A DNA stretch of 64,000 bases from Paragordius varius (taxonomy: Eukaryota; Animalia; Nematomorpha): positions 6,634,001-6,698,000 of the forward strand of contig OZ176056.1 in assembly GCA_964247055.1 (NCBI GenBank). The letters are read 5' to 3'. A program made the translations under genes and the position numbers. This document shows positions 51,799 to 64,000 of this stretch, one piece after another. Below the pieces are notes generated by a model. It saw only the letters and a program-made list of their open reading frames with translations. It had not been told where the DNA came from and ran no database searches. Numbering within the stretch: the stretch's first letter is position 1; each line of letters begins with the position of its first letter.

Positions 51799-52824
51799 CT
51801 TAAAGAATTTTTGAAAATTAGTCCCTTTACATTTATAAACGTCAGAGATTCTTGAACACAAAACTATAAATTTTTATTTTTATAATATCATCTATGGATT
51901 TGCAAAGTTTTAGCCATTGTGATTCCTACAAAAATATTTTATGATGTAAAAAAAACATCTGACTTCTTAAAATCAATTCTTTATGTGTTCCGGTAAACGT
52001 AAACCCCAATTTCATTTCTCTGAAAATATGTAGATTTATGTTTGAGAATAATTTAAATAACCCTAAATTTGGCAACGTATATATACTATACATATTATAT
52101 GTATATATATATGTATATATATAGTATATATCATTTAAAGTTCACCCTTTAACAATTCATATTCACTCTCAAACAATTCATATTCACTCTCAAACAATTC
52201 AAATTCACCCTTAAAGAAATTATGTTTTCAGACTAATATGACTCATCATTAATCTGAAATATTTCTTTCTAGCAGAGTTTATTATTTTTTCCATATTTTA
52301 TTGTTAAACAAAATTTCATATTTTAAAAAATATAATAGTGGTAATTTATAAAAAACACAAAATATATTTTAGGTGAATTTGAATGTTCGAGGGTAAATTT
52401 AAAATAATGGTATATATAGGTGTATTAAGGTTTTTAAAATAATCATGATTAATGATATATAATTTAGTACTCTTAGGTAATTATTTTTATTACAATTTTA
52501 TTAGGATATAATAACAAATAGATATTCTACTGTCTTTTTTATATTTTTATATAGTATGAGTTATGAAGGTAGGTTGTTTTTAAATGAATATGCCTAAATA
52601 TATAAAATAAAAAAACTTATTTAGAAGCTCCATGAATAAAATTATAAGTTTATTAGGATAGGTAAAAAAGTATAAAATAAAAAAAACGTTAGAGTTTAGG
52701 TCTAGGGTAATTAATAGATATCCGTTTCGCATCAAAACATGAAAAACTTGCTGAATGATCTCTTGAATGCCCACAAGATATGAAGGATTAATATGGTATA
52801 TTATCAGAAATATTTGTTATTATA

Positions 52825-53019
52825 CAGTATGAGTAAGTATATATAGCTAGAAAATTCTTAATTACTGCCAAATAGCATATGCAACAAAGAGATTCATCAT
52901 TGACAAATATAATAAAAAGTGAAATTAACAACTAAAACCCAATAATACTGCCCTTTGTAGTATGTGCTATTTGGCAATAATTATTATAACTTTCTAGCAA
53001 TATATACTTACTCATACTG
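52825..53019. mobile_element. Tc1/mariner-type MITE (195 bp) with TA TSD
   Basis: ta|CAGTATGAGTAAGTATATAT ... ATATATACTTACTCATACTG|ta, with further internal inverted matches. Confidence 0.8.
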
Positions 53020-53194
53020 TAATTTTATTCTCTTTTATATTCACATATTAAATTTTAGGACCATGCGTTTGGCGAAAAGTCCTCTATTTTTTAACATGAA
53101 CCATTTGAAAATGTTATGTAAATTAAAATTGTAATAAATTAAAGATATGTTATGGAATTGTACATTAATTGTAGTTTAGATAGCATGCAAATTA

Positions 53195-53370
53195 TACAGT
53201 GTGCCTTTTAATGGTTGCTTATTTCACACTATAATTGAGCCATTTGAAAAACAAATTAATATATGAAAGGAAAAAATTGTATATTCTATGTTGTTTTCAT
53301 CCATACACCTCTGTTTTCAAATGGCCCAATTATAGTGTAAAATTAGTATCCATTAAAATGCATACTGTAT
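53195..53370. mobile_element. Tc1/mariner-type MITE
   Basis: atacagtgtgccttttaatgg ... ccattaaaatgcatactgtat, with internal cactataattgagccatttgaaaa / ttttcaaatggcccaattatagtg inverted pair. Confidence 0.7.
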
Positions 53371-53680
53371 ACTTATAATACAGTAAAACTGGTTGTTCAT
53401 GAATTACGATTATTTGGTGAAACAAATATAATCCTTGTTGAATTATTTTTTGTAAGCTTATCAATCATATCAAGATTGTCAATCGCTCTTATTGAAAAAA
53501 AAATTATTTTTTACAATCATTTCGACATCCTTCACATAATATGATGAATAACTATGATGTATAAATAACTGTATTATGCTATTATTAGAAAATTATCTTG
53601 TTTATAATTAAATCTATAATCATAAATAACATTTATTAACTAGATTTAAGAATTATATTTGCTAATATTTTATTTAAAAT

Positions 53681-56600
53681 TTAAGCAAGGCTAAACGCTT
53701 TAGGGTCATCAGAGAGTATTCGTTGTTTCATAAGTTGCATGCAGGTTAAAGCGTCTTCTTTGCTATCGTGACCACTCACTAAGATTAAAAAAATAATATA
53801 AAATTAAATTTAAAAAGGGCAAAACTTGGTTTTAAAGCTATAGTAAAATGATGTGTGCCAATAACGTAGATTTTTATAAATAAGCAATAGGATTGTTAAA
53901 TAAGCGATTTGACATACAGAAATAAAATCACCCTATCATATAACTATTAACCCAAACTATGTTGAGAGATATTTCATTTATAATATACTAAATTATATAA
54001 AACACATTCCATCATTTCTTTTTTTATATATTAACCCTGTATTTCACGATCTCTGAAATTTATTGTGGAGATATTTGAATAAAATTACCATCATCTTGTA
54101 TTATGCGTTTCAAAATGTCAACACTTAAATTTCTAAGGGCCCTCTTAAACGGTAAACCCAATCGGTGTGGAAAAACTAGGGCCGTATCTACAATATAGGG
54201 GTGTACAATTTGCAATCCGATGAGATCAGATTCCAAAGAATGACCTATCATATTAATATATGTTGTATAAATAGTACACATTTATTAATTGAAAAATTAA
54301 ATAAATATTTATAAAACTCATAAGGACCCACTCATAAATTTGGAATTTTTAGGATCATAAAATTAATATATAAAGAAAATATTTTATAAGACGTATTTAA
54401 AATAGCTCATAGGTCAACAAAAACATAAAAAAAAAACTTAAAAACTAAAAAAGTAATGAAAAAGATTATAAAAGGCACCCACACACCTAAAAGAATAGTT
54501 ATTTGATTAGCGTCAGGATCATTTCCTCTCAGTAATGTTAACACGTCTTTTTGTGCCTGTTCAAACGTAACTATGGGGAGATTAGAGTTTTGAGCATCAA
54601 AACAATTCTCAACTATACCACTCCATCGCGTATTGTAATCTATGATAGGTTGTATACGTGGGCGGACATACACATCATAAACTGTAACAAAGGGATGGAG
54701 TAATAATAAGGAAGTTTCCTTATTATTAACGTCCTTGTGATTATTGGATGTCGGTGAAACCTTTCAGTATAGAATAAATATAATTTTGTTTTTTTCAAGA
54801 CAAAAGGTATAAATTAATTTTTATAATAAGACGTATTTTTTTTCATGATAATAATTATTTTAAAGTTATGTGATTATAACTGATTAATCACCATACTTCT
54901 CTATTCAGTATTTTTCGATCCAAACCAATATGTTATAATAAAAAATCGGTGTTAAATATGGTTATCCTCAAAAATACATAAGCTCTTTGACTTTTTGAAT
55001 TTATAGAAATTTTCACTATAGTAAATTTTAAAATAATACAAAATTCATTTTACTATTTTGATAATTTTTTCAATAAAAACAACAATTTAAATCTAAATGC
55101 GCATTATGGGCTAGTTTTATTATAATAACGGTTTTACTATAAATTCATCGGGCGTTTGACCGTTAACGGTATGGGTTAATTTTGGGTCTCCATTTTCATA
55201 CATTTTATTAGGAGAGCCAACAAATCCAATCATTGTAATTCGGGCAATTTCGGAACCCAATGGTGTATAAACCATTTCACAATCCAAGCTATAAACTTTA
55301 AGCGTGTTGGCTTTGAGTTTTATTAATTCTTGAGGGGTTGAGGGTATAAGAGGCATACTAGTCATAATACCAGCATTCTCAGCACATAAATTTATGTTTG
55401 AGCTTAACAAACGGAGATTAAGTTGTCCACTGCTGGTCGAATTGAAATCGAAAATATTAGTGCTACTCTTCCATTGTTCATTTATGTGTTGTTTATGGTT
55501 TAAAAACCAGGATTTACAAGGAGCTTTATTTGAGGCGGATGTTGATGTTAACATAGAATCTAATCATGAAATCAAATAAAAAAAGGGTTAATGTTAATAA
55601 AAAAGGGTCCTATACCCATACTAATCCAAAAATCAAAACCTTTAAAAATCAAAACCTCATTGATGCCTAAGGCAACTTCACAAAATTAATTATAATAAAC
55701 TCAATCAATAGTTACCACCCATATAGCTTAATTTTTCACTATATAAAAAATTGGCTTATAAAACACAATTTACCATTGTTTGAGATTAGGGTAGGAATGT
55801 AGAGTGGTAAAGCCTTATCCGTACAATGTAAGTTTGCTAGTGTACACCCCGGTTCAGAAACCGAAGCTCCACAACACACATATTTGACTAGGGTTGAAGT
55901 AGCGTTTCGTTTACTGCTCGTACCTCCAATTTTACGGAGTCGGCCCCAATGATATAGGCATTCTTCGGGTTTAGCATGTTGATATGTGACAGATTTCGAC
56001 ATTTGTTTTTCATTAAAAATGAATGTGTCATTTAGCCCTAAAATAAAGAGTTTTTGTAACTTTTGTGGGTAAAAAACTTGATATTCCATATCCATAATTA
56101 TCAAAAAGCTTTGCCGAAAATATTTACAATTATTTATATATATTTATTTAACAAAATGATTTGAGTATATGAAAAATGACACGAAACACCAAAAATTATT
56201 TAATGTGTTTAAACCTTTGAATTCGCAGTGGCGTTTATTACCATTTTCATTCGCCTCTTTCGCCCAAAGCTCCTTGATTTCATACAATTTATTACATCGG
56301 GAACAAGTTAATTTGTGTAAGTAGGTATAACTCTGTAAATGATGTTTTGCCAAAGAATTATTTGAATTTTCATTGAGATTTTTTGATTTATCAAGGGCAG
56401 TTAGTGAATGCAAAATAAGGGAATCATTATGTATCGATATTTTAGCGGAACAACCAGATTTGGTGGTAGAATGGGGCGTATTTGTCAAAGGGGGTGCAGG
56501 ACTTTTGTTTGCAGAAGATCTGTTACCGATGCCAGTACTTAAAGGATCTGTAGGCCTAGGACTTGGATCTATACATACACCATATAATTTTGAGTCTTTC

Positions 56601-58319
56601 TGAGTCATGGTGTTGTCCTCATTTTTCTCATTTGTGGCGAAGGATATAAGATAGGGGTACCCATTTGAACGTAATTGAACAAGTGTCATAAGGTATGGTA
56701 ACAAGTTAAGAGCAAACGTTTCTTCCGTAAAACCATCATCGACATTAGAACAAGGGACTGCTTTCCGATGCAATTTGTGTTTAAGTGTAGGATCCAATGA
56801 TATTTGATGTGATTCTGAAGCCAAAATAATTGGTATTGGGGCAGTTCCACCTCTGATAGCTTTAATGTGAGATGCGGCCAAATTAAAGTATGTGTTTTTA
56901 TTTCCTTTACCCCTAACGTAACAATCATGTTCGGCTTGAAAGGCATATTGTTTAATTTCATGATATATGTTATCTATTAACTTATCCATTGTATCATCTT
57001 TAGTTTTACATTGATTTACAAGGCGGTCAGGAATGTTGGGTAAAGCCTTAATGTACTCCACGTGAAAAAGGGCAAGATATTTTTGTCGGGTATTATAAGG
57101 GATTTTGGTTAAACTAGCATTGTATTGATTAATAACACTAGGATCTATGCTAAATTTAATACCATCACAATAAACTTTGTATTCATTGAGATTGGGTGGT
57201 TGAACGTTAATAGATGATAGTATGGGAGTAGAATTTTTTCTGGAATGATTCTGAGATACATTATTTGAATTAGGTTTGGAGATCAGTGATTTCTATATAT
57301 TTACAAGGTGAAAAATAGATTAATCAATCATATAACACAGTTATTTAGAAAAAATAAATACCGAAGGTTGATTAGCTATATTATAAGCTATCCTAGCATC
57401 TTTACCACCAAATTTCCTTATATTAACACAAGTCGAATTATCGACAACTTTTTTCTTCTCAGAGGTTAAGGAACTTGAAATAGATAAATTCGCACTTTCT
57501 GGAGATTTAGATTGTTCGATTAAGTTTTTCATTTGTGCGCGAGCTTTTAAACATGTATCCTGAAACGAAATATCATCATTTTTATTATTTTTTGACAACT
57601 TTGTGTGTATTTCACTTGAGGGGTCCAATTTTGCTTTTTTAATTCTTATATAATTAAAATCAGTTTCAGTATTGTTTTTATTGTTTGTACTTTTCAATGG
57701 TGATGATTTAGAAATCAAGGGACCCCCTTCCATTTGTAAAAGTAATTGTTTGGCTTCAGACGGTAAAGAATTGTCACCATCTCTTTTATTCTGTTTACAT
57801 AATCATAATTTATAAAAGTATATTAGAAAAAAATAAACTTGGGTAAAAAGTATTAAATGAAATTATTACGGTGTATTATTTAGATGACAAGGTTTAAAAA
57901 TAATAGATTAGAAATAAAAGTTACCTTTTCATCCAAAATGTCGTTTGATAATGTAGTTAATCTATTACTAATTTTTTTGGGCGATATAACAATTTTGTTA
58001 GATTCATCATCTATGTTTACTTCAATAAAATCATTTTCATCGTCTGAATCGCCAAATATTTCCTCTTTGTACATAGTCTCAGGACATTTATTTTCATCAG
58101 ATTTATTTACATTTACACCTAAAATAATAATTTCAATACCTGATGGCATATTTTTTGTTAGAACATGTTTAGCTTTTAATAAATGAATTGGAGTAGGGTT
58201 ATAAACAGGGATTATAGTAGGAGAGTCAGACTTGTCGGTGGATTTCTTGATTGAATTAGCCATCAATTCAAAAATAGAGTTTTTTGACTTGTTCATATTG
58301 CACTTTAACTTTAGTTTCA
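53681..58319 (-). CDS. REXO1: RNA exonuclease 1 homologue (DEDDh 3'-5' exonuclease); 5' exon(s) not located
   Basis: Exons 58319-57925, 57790-57362, 57292-56215, 56037-55774, 55559-55161, 54681-54487, 54244-54089, 53778-53681; phases are consistent. Motifs: [24 protein letters not shown]...YVCCG...[37 protein letters not shown] and HDSKED. The first exon starts at a phase-1 acceptor. Confidence 0.93.
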
Positions 58320-58376
58320 CTAAACAATATGGAAAAGAGTTAAATATTTTTTATTATCTAATAATTGTGCTGTATA

Positions 58377-58941
58377 TTAACACTTGGAGGCAACACATTT
58401 ATTAAGTCCTTCCACTCAAATTGGGAGAGTTGGATACCTCAAGCTTGTTTAAAATTAAATTCTTTTAAAAATATGGAAGGAATCGAAAGCATGGCAAAAA
58501 TTTGCACTTATATAACTTTAATAAACCGAAATATATAAAAAGTTTTATTCAAAATTGATATTACTTATTTTAAGATAAAACCAAAAGATAAAATTTTGTC
58601 AATGCTACATGTCTGAAATGGTAAAATAAAAAAAACAAAATAAACCGCTTTTTCTATTTCTATCAATGTTAGATGTTATTTATATAAAATATTAGCTTTA
58701 ATTTTACCCTTAAAATTATATGAAAGACGATATTTTGTAAAAATTTTGTAAAATTGAAATGGCGTCGAAGTAGTTTAACATGGAACTTTTTATTAACAAA
58801 ATTGTATTTAGATAATTTGGTAAATTATATAATTATTATTAGGATAGAAGCATAAATTTAAATTAGGACCGTTTTCTTTAGTAGTTTTTTGAAAATCCTA
58901 ACTTAAATTTGCTAGATACCCCAAATTGAATCGAAGTGTTA
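58377..58941. mobile_element. TTAA-flanked MITE, family A (reverse orientation)
   Basis: TTAAcacttggaggcaacac ... gataccccaaattgaatcgaagtgtta. Confidence 0.75.
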
Positions 58942-59579
58942 TTTCGATAACACATTTTGCATAATTAACAAATTAATTTCTTCGATTTTTTGTAAATGAA
59001 TATCTGGATATTATTACGGATGTTATACTGTGCAAAAAATCGGGGGGAGGGGGGGTATAAAAACTCTCTTATATGTCTATTTATATCAGGATTCTCCTAT
59101 AAATGACACGGTAGGGTGATTAAAAATTATTTGACTTTACTTGCTAGTTTTTCAAGTCATGGCTTGCTATCATGTGTTAAAAAAATTTAACATAAGACTT
59201 CTTAAGTCAAGAAAGAAAACTTTCGGAAAAAATCATATGATCAAGTAAAACTCATAGATTTTGCAAGTGTGGTGTATGCACATTGGATAGATAAAATAGT
59301 GATAAAATTATTTTGGAAACTATTTGTATATGTAATTTAGGCTTTTATGTAATTAAAACCTTTGTTAATTATATAAAATTTTAAATTGATAAATTTTGGC
59401 TTATTAACCTTAGGTAGATACAAAAGAGGATTAATTTTTAGACAAACTCTGCTAATGTTTAATAAGATGGCATATAAAAATATGCTAATTATAATTCCGT
59501 GAACCCGCAAAAAAAATTGATTCTCGGAAATATCTTAAAATGAATAATAAAATATTAATATTGTAAAATTTCAAATCCT

Positions 59580-60120
59580 TTAACACTTGGATACAACACA
59601 TTACTGTTCTTCGATTCAATTTGGGTAGTTGGATACCCCAGGCCTTAAAATTAAATTATTCAAAAAATATGGAATGAATTGAAACCATGGAAAAAATTTG
59701 TACTTAGATAACATTAATTATTCGAAATATATATAAAAGTTTATTCAAAAATATTCGATTTTTGAGGAATCTCAATGTAAAAATTAGTCAATGACATGTG
59801 CACATCAGAAAAATTTTAGTATAAGCAAATCAAACCACCTCTGTTTCTATCAATGTTGGATGTGATCTAAATACAAAATCATCTTTAATTTTCGCTTTAA
59901 AATTAAATAAACCGGTTATTTTGCCAAAATGTTGCAAAATAAAATAGCGTCTAAGTAGTATATTTTTTCCAAACTAATTTTTTAGATATTTTGTCTTATG
60001 ATTCTTAATTGGACAAAAGCATAAATTTAAATTGGGACCGTTTCTTTCAGTTTTTTTAGAAAAATCAACTAGATGATCTGGGATACCCCAATTTTTATTG
60101 AAATGAAACGAAGGTTATTT
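59580..60120. mobile_element. TTAA-flanked MITE, family A (reverse orientation)
   Basis: TTAAcacttggatacaacac...; the internal sequence matches the family and the right end is degenerate. Confidence 0.75.
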
Positions 60121-63100
60121 CACTATTAACTAATGTAATAATAATATTTAATATTCTATAAACATATTCCCGTTATATTTGCAAAGGACTCCAAGCAAAA
60201 TGAGTTGTGAGGTAAAATAGAGAGTGTTTTAAGGGCGAATGGTTTTATCAATTTAAAAATTATTATTGTGCTCATTATTCGGAAACTCTATAATAATAAG
60301 TAAGATACGTACCAGTGACTTTGAAAACCTTAATAAATTATTATATTAATATATATCTTTTTGTGCCTTATTTCATAAATTTTGGCTGAAAATGATCAAA
60401 ATAATTTCCGTAAAATTTGAATTGGGTGGCAAAAAAATGTTCAATTCATAAGCAAAAGACCTGACTTAATTGTTTTTTTATCACCGATCTTCAAGTGTAC
60501 GCTTGATGTCTTAAGTAAACCGGCTTAACTTGCCACGCTTGACTTACAAGGCAAGTGCGACATTTTTATCATCCCACCCATTGAAACAATTTTTTAGAAA
60601 GCGTGTAGATCCATGCGAATTCAATAATATACTTACAATTTCATTGAGCCGATGGTGGTTAAGTTATTCTTAAAATTTGCCCTTCATTCCAACCCCATTC
60701 GAGTAAAAAGAGGGTTTAACAACAAATATTGGTTTTGCACACATCCCTATTTTTATATGTAATTTTTGATATTAGTGATAGTTTTTGGAATGAAGCATAT
60801 AGCTTTGGCCAAAAATATTTTATTTAATAAATGGCAAATTTTGCCTGATATGTAGCGCTTGCAACAAAAGTGTAATTTCTTAAAAAACCGTAATGGAAAC
60901 CAAAAGCACCATTATAATTTTGATACATTTTCCTACCAGAATATATATATACATATATATCCATCGGTTTATTTATTTATACCCTCCGATAGGCATTGTA
61001 TAAAATAAAACTAAATGCAAAATATTATCGATAACGATTCTCCATTTTTTTAGAGCAGGGGTGTCCAACACAAATGGCTTAGAAGGCCATATTTTTGAAA
61101 CAAAAATGACGAGCCGTATTCGCAAAATATATTGGTATTATAGATTTCAACATAAGACTGTAAATACTATTGTTTATTTTATCAATTTTCTCGTCCATTG
61201 CCAAAATGCGGAGACTTATTCAGTTACTTTGTTTGACATAATCAATTATATAAATTTCGTTGCTACAAAAATGTATAGGAGGTGTTAAACAAGGTGTTGG
61301 AGAAGACTTGCAGATAGGAATCAAAGCTAAAAAATTCATTTTTTCGTAGTGTGAATTAAATAAACCTGTTATGTGGTAAAAAAAATTTTAATCATTTAAT
61401 ACCATATATTTCTATATTTTTAGAATTACCCAATATATCGCGTTTGAAATTATTTAAAGCCTAAATAAAAGATAAATTTTTGTCAATTTTCACTAAAGCG
61501 GAGGTAGTGTATAATCATTACAAAGCATTCAATATAAATTTATAAATATGTTCCCAATACTATCACTGAATAAAGCTTATTTATTCAGATTTTCCATTTA
61601 AGGAGTTTTTATGCTTAAAAACTGGGATAAATGGTTAAAATAGCACAACGCTTAACAACATTAGGAAATAACGCCCATATTGAAAATCTGAAACGAAAAA
61701 GAATTTTACTCCATCAAATTGTATAGAGAAAGGATATTATGTATATTGGATTTTTATAATTACACACCAGTCAAATTTGGACTTTTTCGAGCTTACATAA
61801 AGATTTATGACTAATTTCTGTGCGAATCAGAAAAAATTTATGATCCCCCAATCAGAATTTTAAGATATTAAAGGTTTTTCAATTTTTCAAAAACAAGAGA
61901 AAATCGACAGAAAATCACATATAACTTTATAATCAAAAGTTATCATATTATAAAATTTATATCATTTAATAAAGCGTTTTAAACTCTATATATACGTATA
62001 TATGTCCTTAGGGAGAAAATAATAGTGCGAGTATAAACGTTAAAATTAGTTTTTTGAAGCTAATTTTAAACATGTATAGATTTGTATTAAAAAATACTAA
62101 AAGAGGCATTTTCTGGTTTAAACCTTCGGCTTTTAGATAGGCTATATTTATTTTGTTAGTTGTTGTTTTTAGTATTTATTAGGGTTTTTCTACTCGTTTG
62201 TTACAAAAAACCCTGTTAACTATACTAGTGGATATTATTTATTTTCGAAATCAATGGATGCGGCATTTCAAATGAATGTTAGGTATCCACTTTTAAATTG
62301 ATTTTGTCTCACCCCTGATAGAAATACTTTATAACTTGGATGATGGGTATGTTACCATACTGTTATGAACTACAATAGGACCACTTGTACTCATCTAATA
62401 TTCTTCCGATTTAATGGAATTATTTAACTCTATTCTGTGAATTGGTTAGTTTGACATGTCACTTTTTCTAGATTTTGCTGAAGTGAACTACATAATATTT
62501 TCTGATGGTCTATTTTACCGAGCTTCCCCTATTGTATACCCTTGCCATATCCAGCATTTATAGGAGCTGATGGATGTTATTTTGCAGAGCTTGTGCGAGC
62601 CGCACGGATCTATCACACTATACATTTGCCCTTTTAGATTTTTAATATTTTTTATTTTTATTACAACGGCTTATAACTTTTTTTCCTAAAGTTTCGTATC
62701 CTCTTTTATTTATATACATAAAATATTAATTAATATATTCAATAAATTGATTTATTTATTGTATATTGTCTATTTCATTGTCTAGTAACTGCCCGCTTGA
62801 TAAGACGCTCGTGCAAAAGAAATAAACCTTCAAAGCTATTTTGTGCAGTTTATATTTTAATAAAAAGATCGAAGGTATTTTAAGATCAAGTTTTATTATA
62901 TGGACCATCTATAGCATTTTCTGCAGAGTCTTCGTTAATAAAAAAATGTTCTGAGGTATCGTATACTGTGGCTGGTATATTTGGATTAGTTTTGCATTTT
63001 CTATCTAAAGCAATAAAAAACCTGGCTATGGAGCACTTGTATCGACTTTCTCGCCTAAATGTACACAAGGAATAATTGTTTTTTAATTAAATACAAAATT

Positions 63101-64000
63101 AAAAATTAAATTTTTAAAAAAATCCTATTGGTGGCCTCAAATTTTATTTTGTTTTGGCCTTTCCATGCCATTAGGTAACAGAAAATGCAAAAAAATGGGG
63201 GGGTGCAAAACCTTGTTGAGCAGTGTTATGAGCTACTCCCGCTTGGATTCAAATCATAAAAAATTTATTTTATATATATAAGCTTTATATCATTTTTTGA
63301 ACGCGATAAATCAGGTACTAAATATAAAAAATATTATAATTAAAATAAAAATTAAAATCTTTTACCGCATAATAACACGTTTATTGATAACCTTTGGTTC
63401 CAAAGTGCGATTTTTAGCTTCGTGTTAGTTCCTTCAAAACCATAACCATTGTAAATTTTTTATCGATAATATTTTGCATTTATTATTTTGGTATATATTT
63501 ACAAAAAATTTCGTTGACGATTTTATCTCCATTGTATTTAATTTTATCCCACCCAATATGTAAATTTTTGATTTTGGCTATGAGCATGAAATAATTCTTT
63601 TTCTTCCTGTTAACCCTATTTTCATTTTTCATTATTCTGCAGATTTTAGTCGAATGATATATGATTCATAAATGCAGCATTTTTGATGCACACAGTGTGA
63701 TACAGGGGTATTTTTGATAATTTAATTAATTAAAACTCTACACTAATTTATTCATTAGCTTAAAATATGGGATTTAAATTTACCTTAAAATGAAAAAATA
63801 TACAAAGAATAAAAATGTAATGAATGATAACTAATTATTTTAGGATACATTTAAGGTGTTTTTATCCCAAAGATCTATCAAAAGTTGCCTTCAATTTATG
63901 TTGAGATAGTAACGACCTATGGCCTAAACCATTTCAGAAGTTGGAACTTATATATAATTTTTTAAAATGGTATTTCTGTACATTTTGTTAAATAATTATT

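Noticed and set aside
52580-52790. Minus-strand ORF GIQEIIQQVFHVLMRNGY, and similar LRANGF text at 60150-60300 (+)
   Set aside because: Resemble Penelope RT-thumb remnants (xNGYP) but are too degraded to call; not host genes.
62300-63068. Minus-strand ORF 62886-63068 and coding-like frames at 62300-62640 as REXO1 5' exons or a new gene
   Set aside because: No REXO1 N-terminal motif, no consistent splice phases and no recognisable domain.

Overview
A very AT-rich, transposon-dense window from an animal genome (it carries an NK1 homeobox gene; the species cannot be identified from sequence alone). Host genes: a two-exon NK1/slouch homeobox gene (-); an 11-exon KDSR/FVT1 3-ketodihydrosphingosine reductase (+); a frameshifted Kunitz inhibitor (+); a 9-exon orphan secreted modular protein (+); a REXO1-type DEDDh exonuclease (-, 5' exon not found); and a tentative two-exon gene at the left end (-). 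The rest is mostly decayed mobile DNA: a Penelope-like element with inverted pseudo-LTRs carrying hammerhead-like motifs, a Helitron that has grown an internal ~155-bp satellite, an RLE-type non-LTR element interrupted by a rearranged Ty3/Gypsy element, an RTE LINE, several hAT relics, a tRNA-derived SINE family, long palindromic foldback elements and several MITE families. The main surprise is that KDSR has four consecutive GT-AG introns of only 22, 23, 23 and 21 nt, followed by a 3.9-kb intron made of nested transposons, and encodes a ~135-aa insertion inside its Rossmann fold. All gene models were built by hand from reading frames and GT/AG sites; none is confirmed by transcript data.
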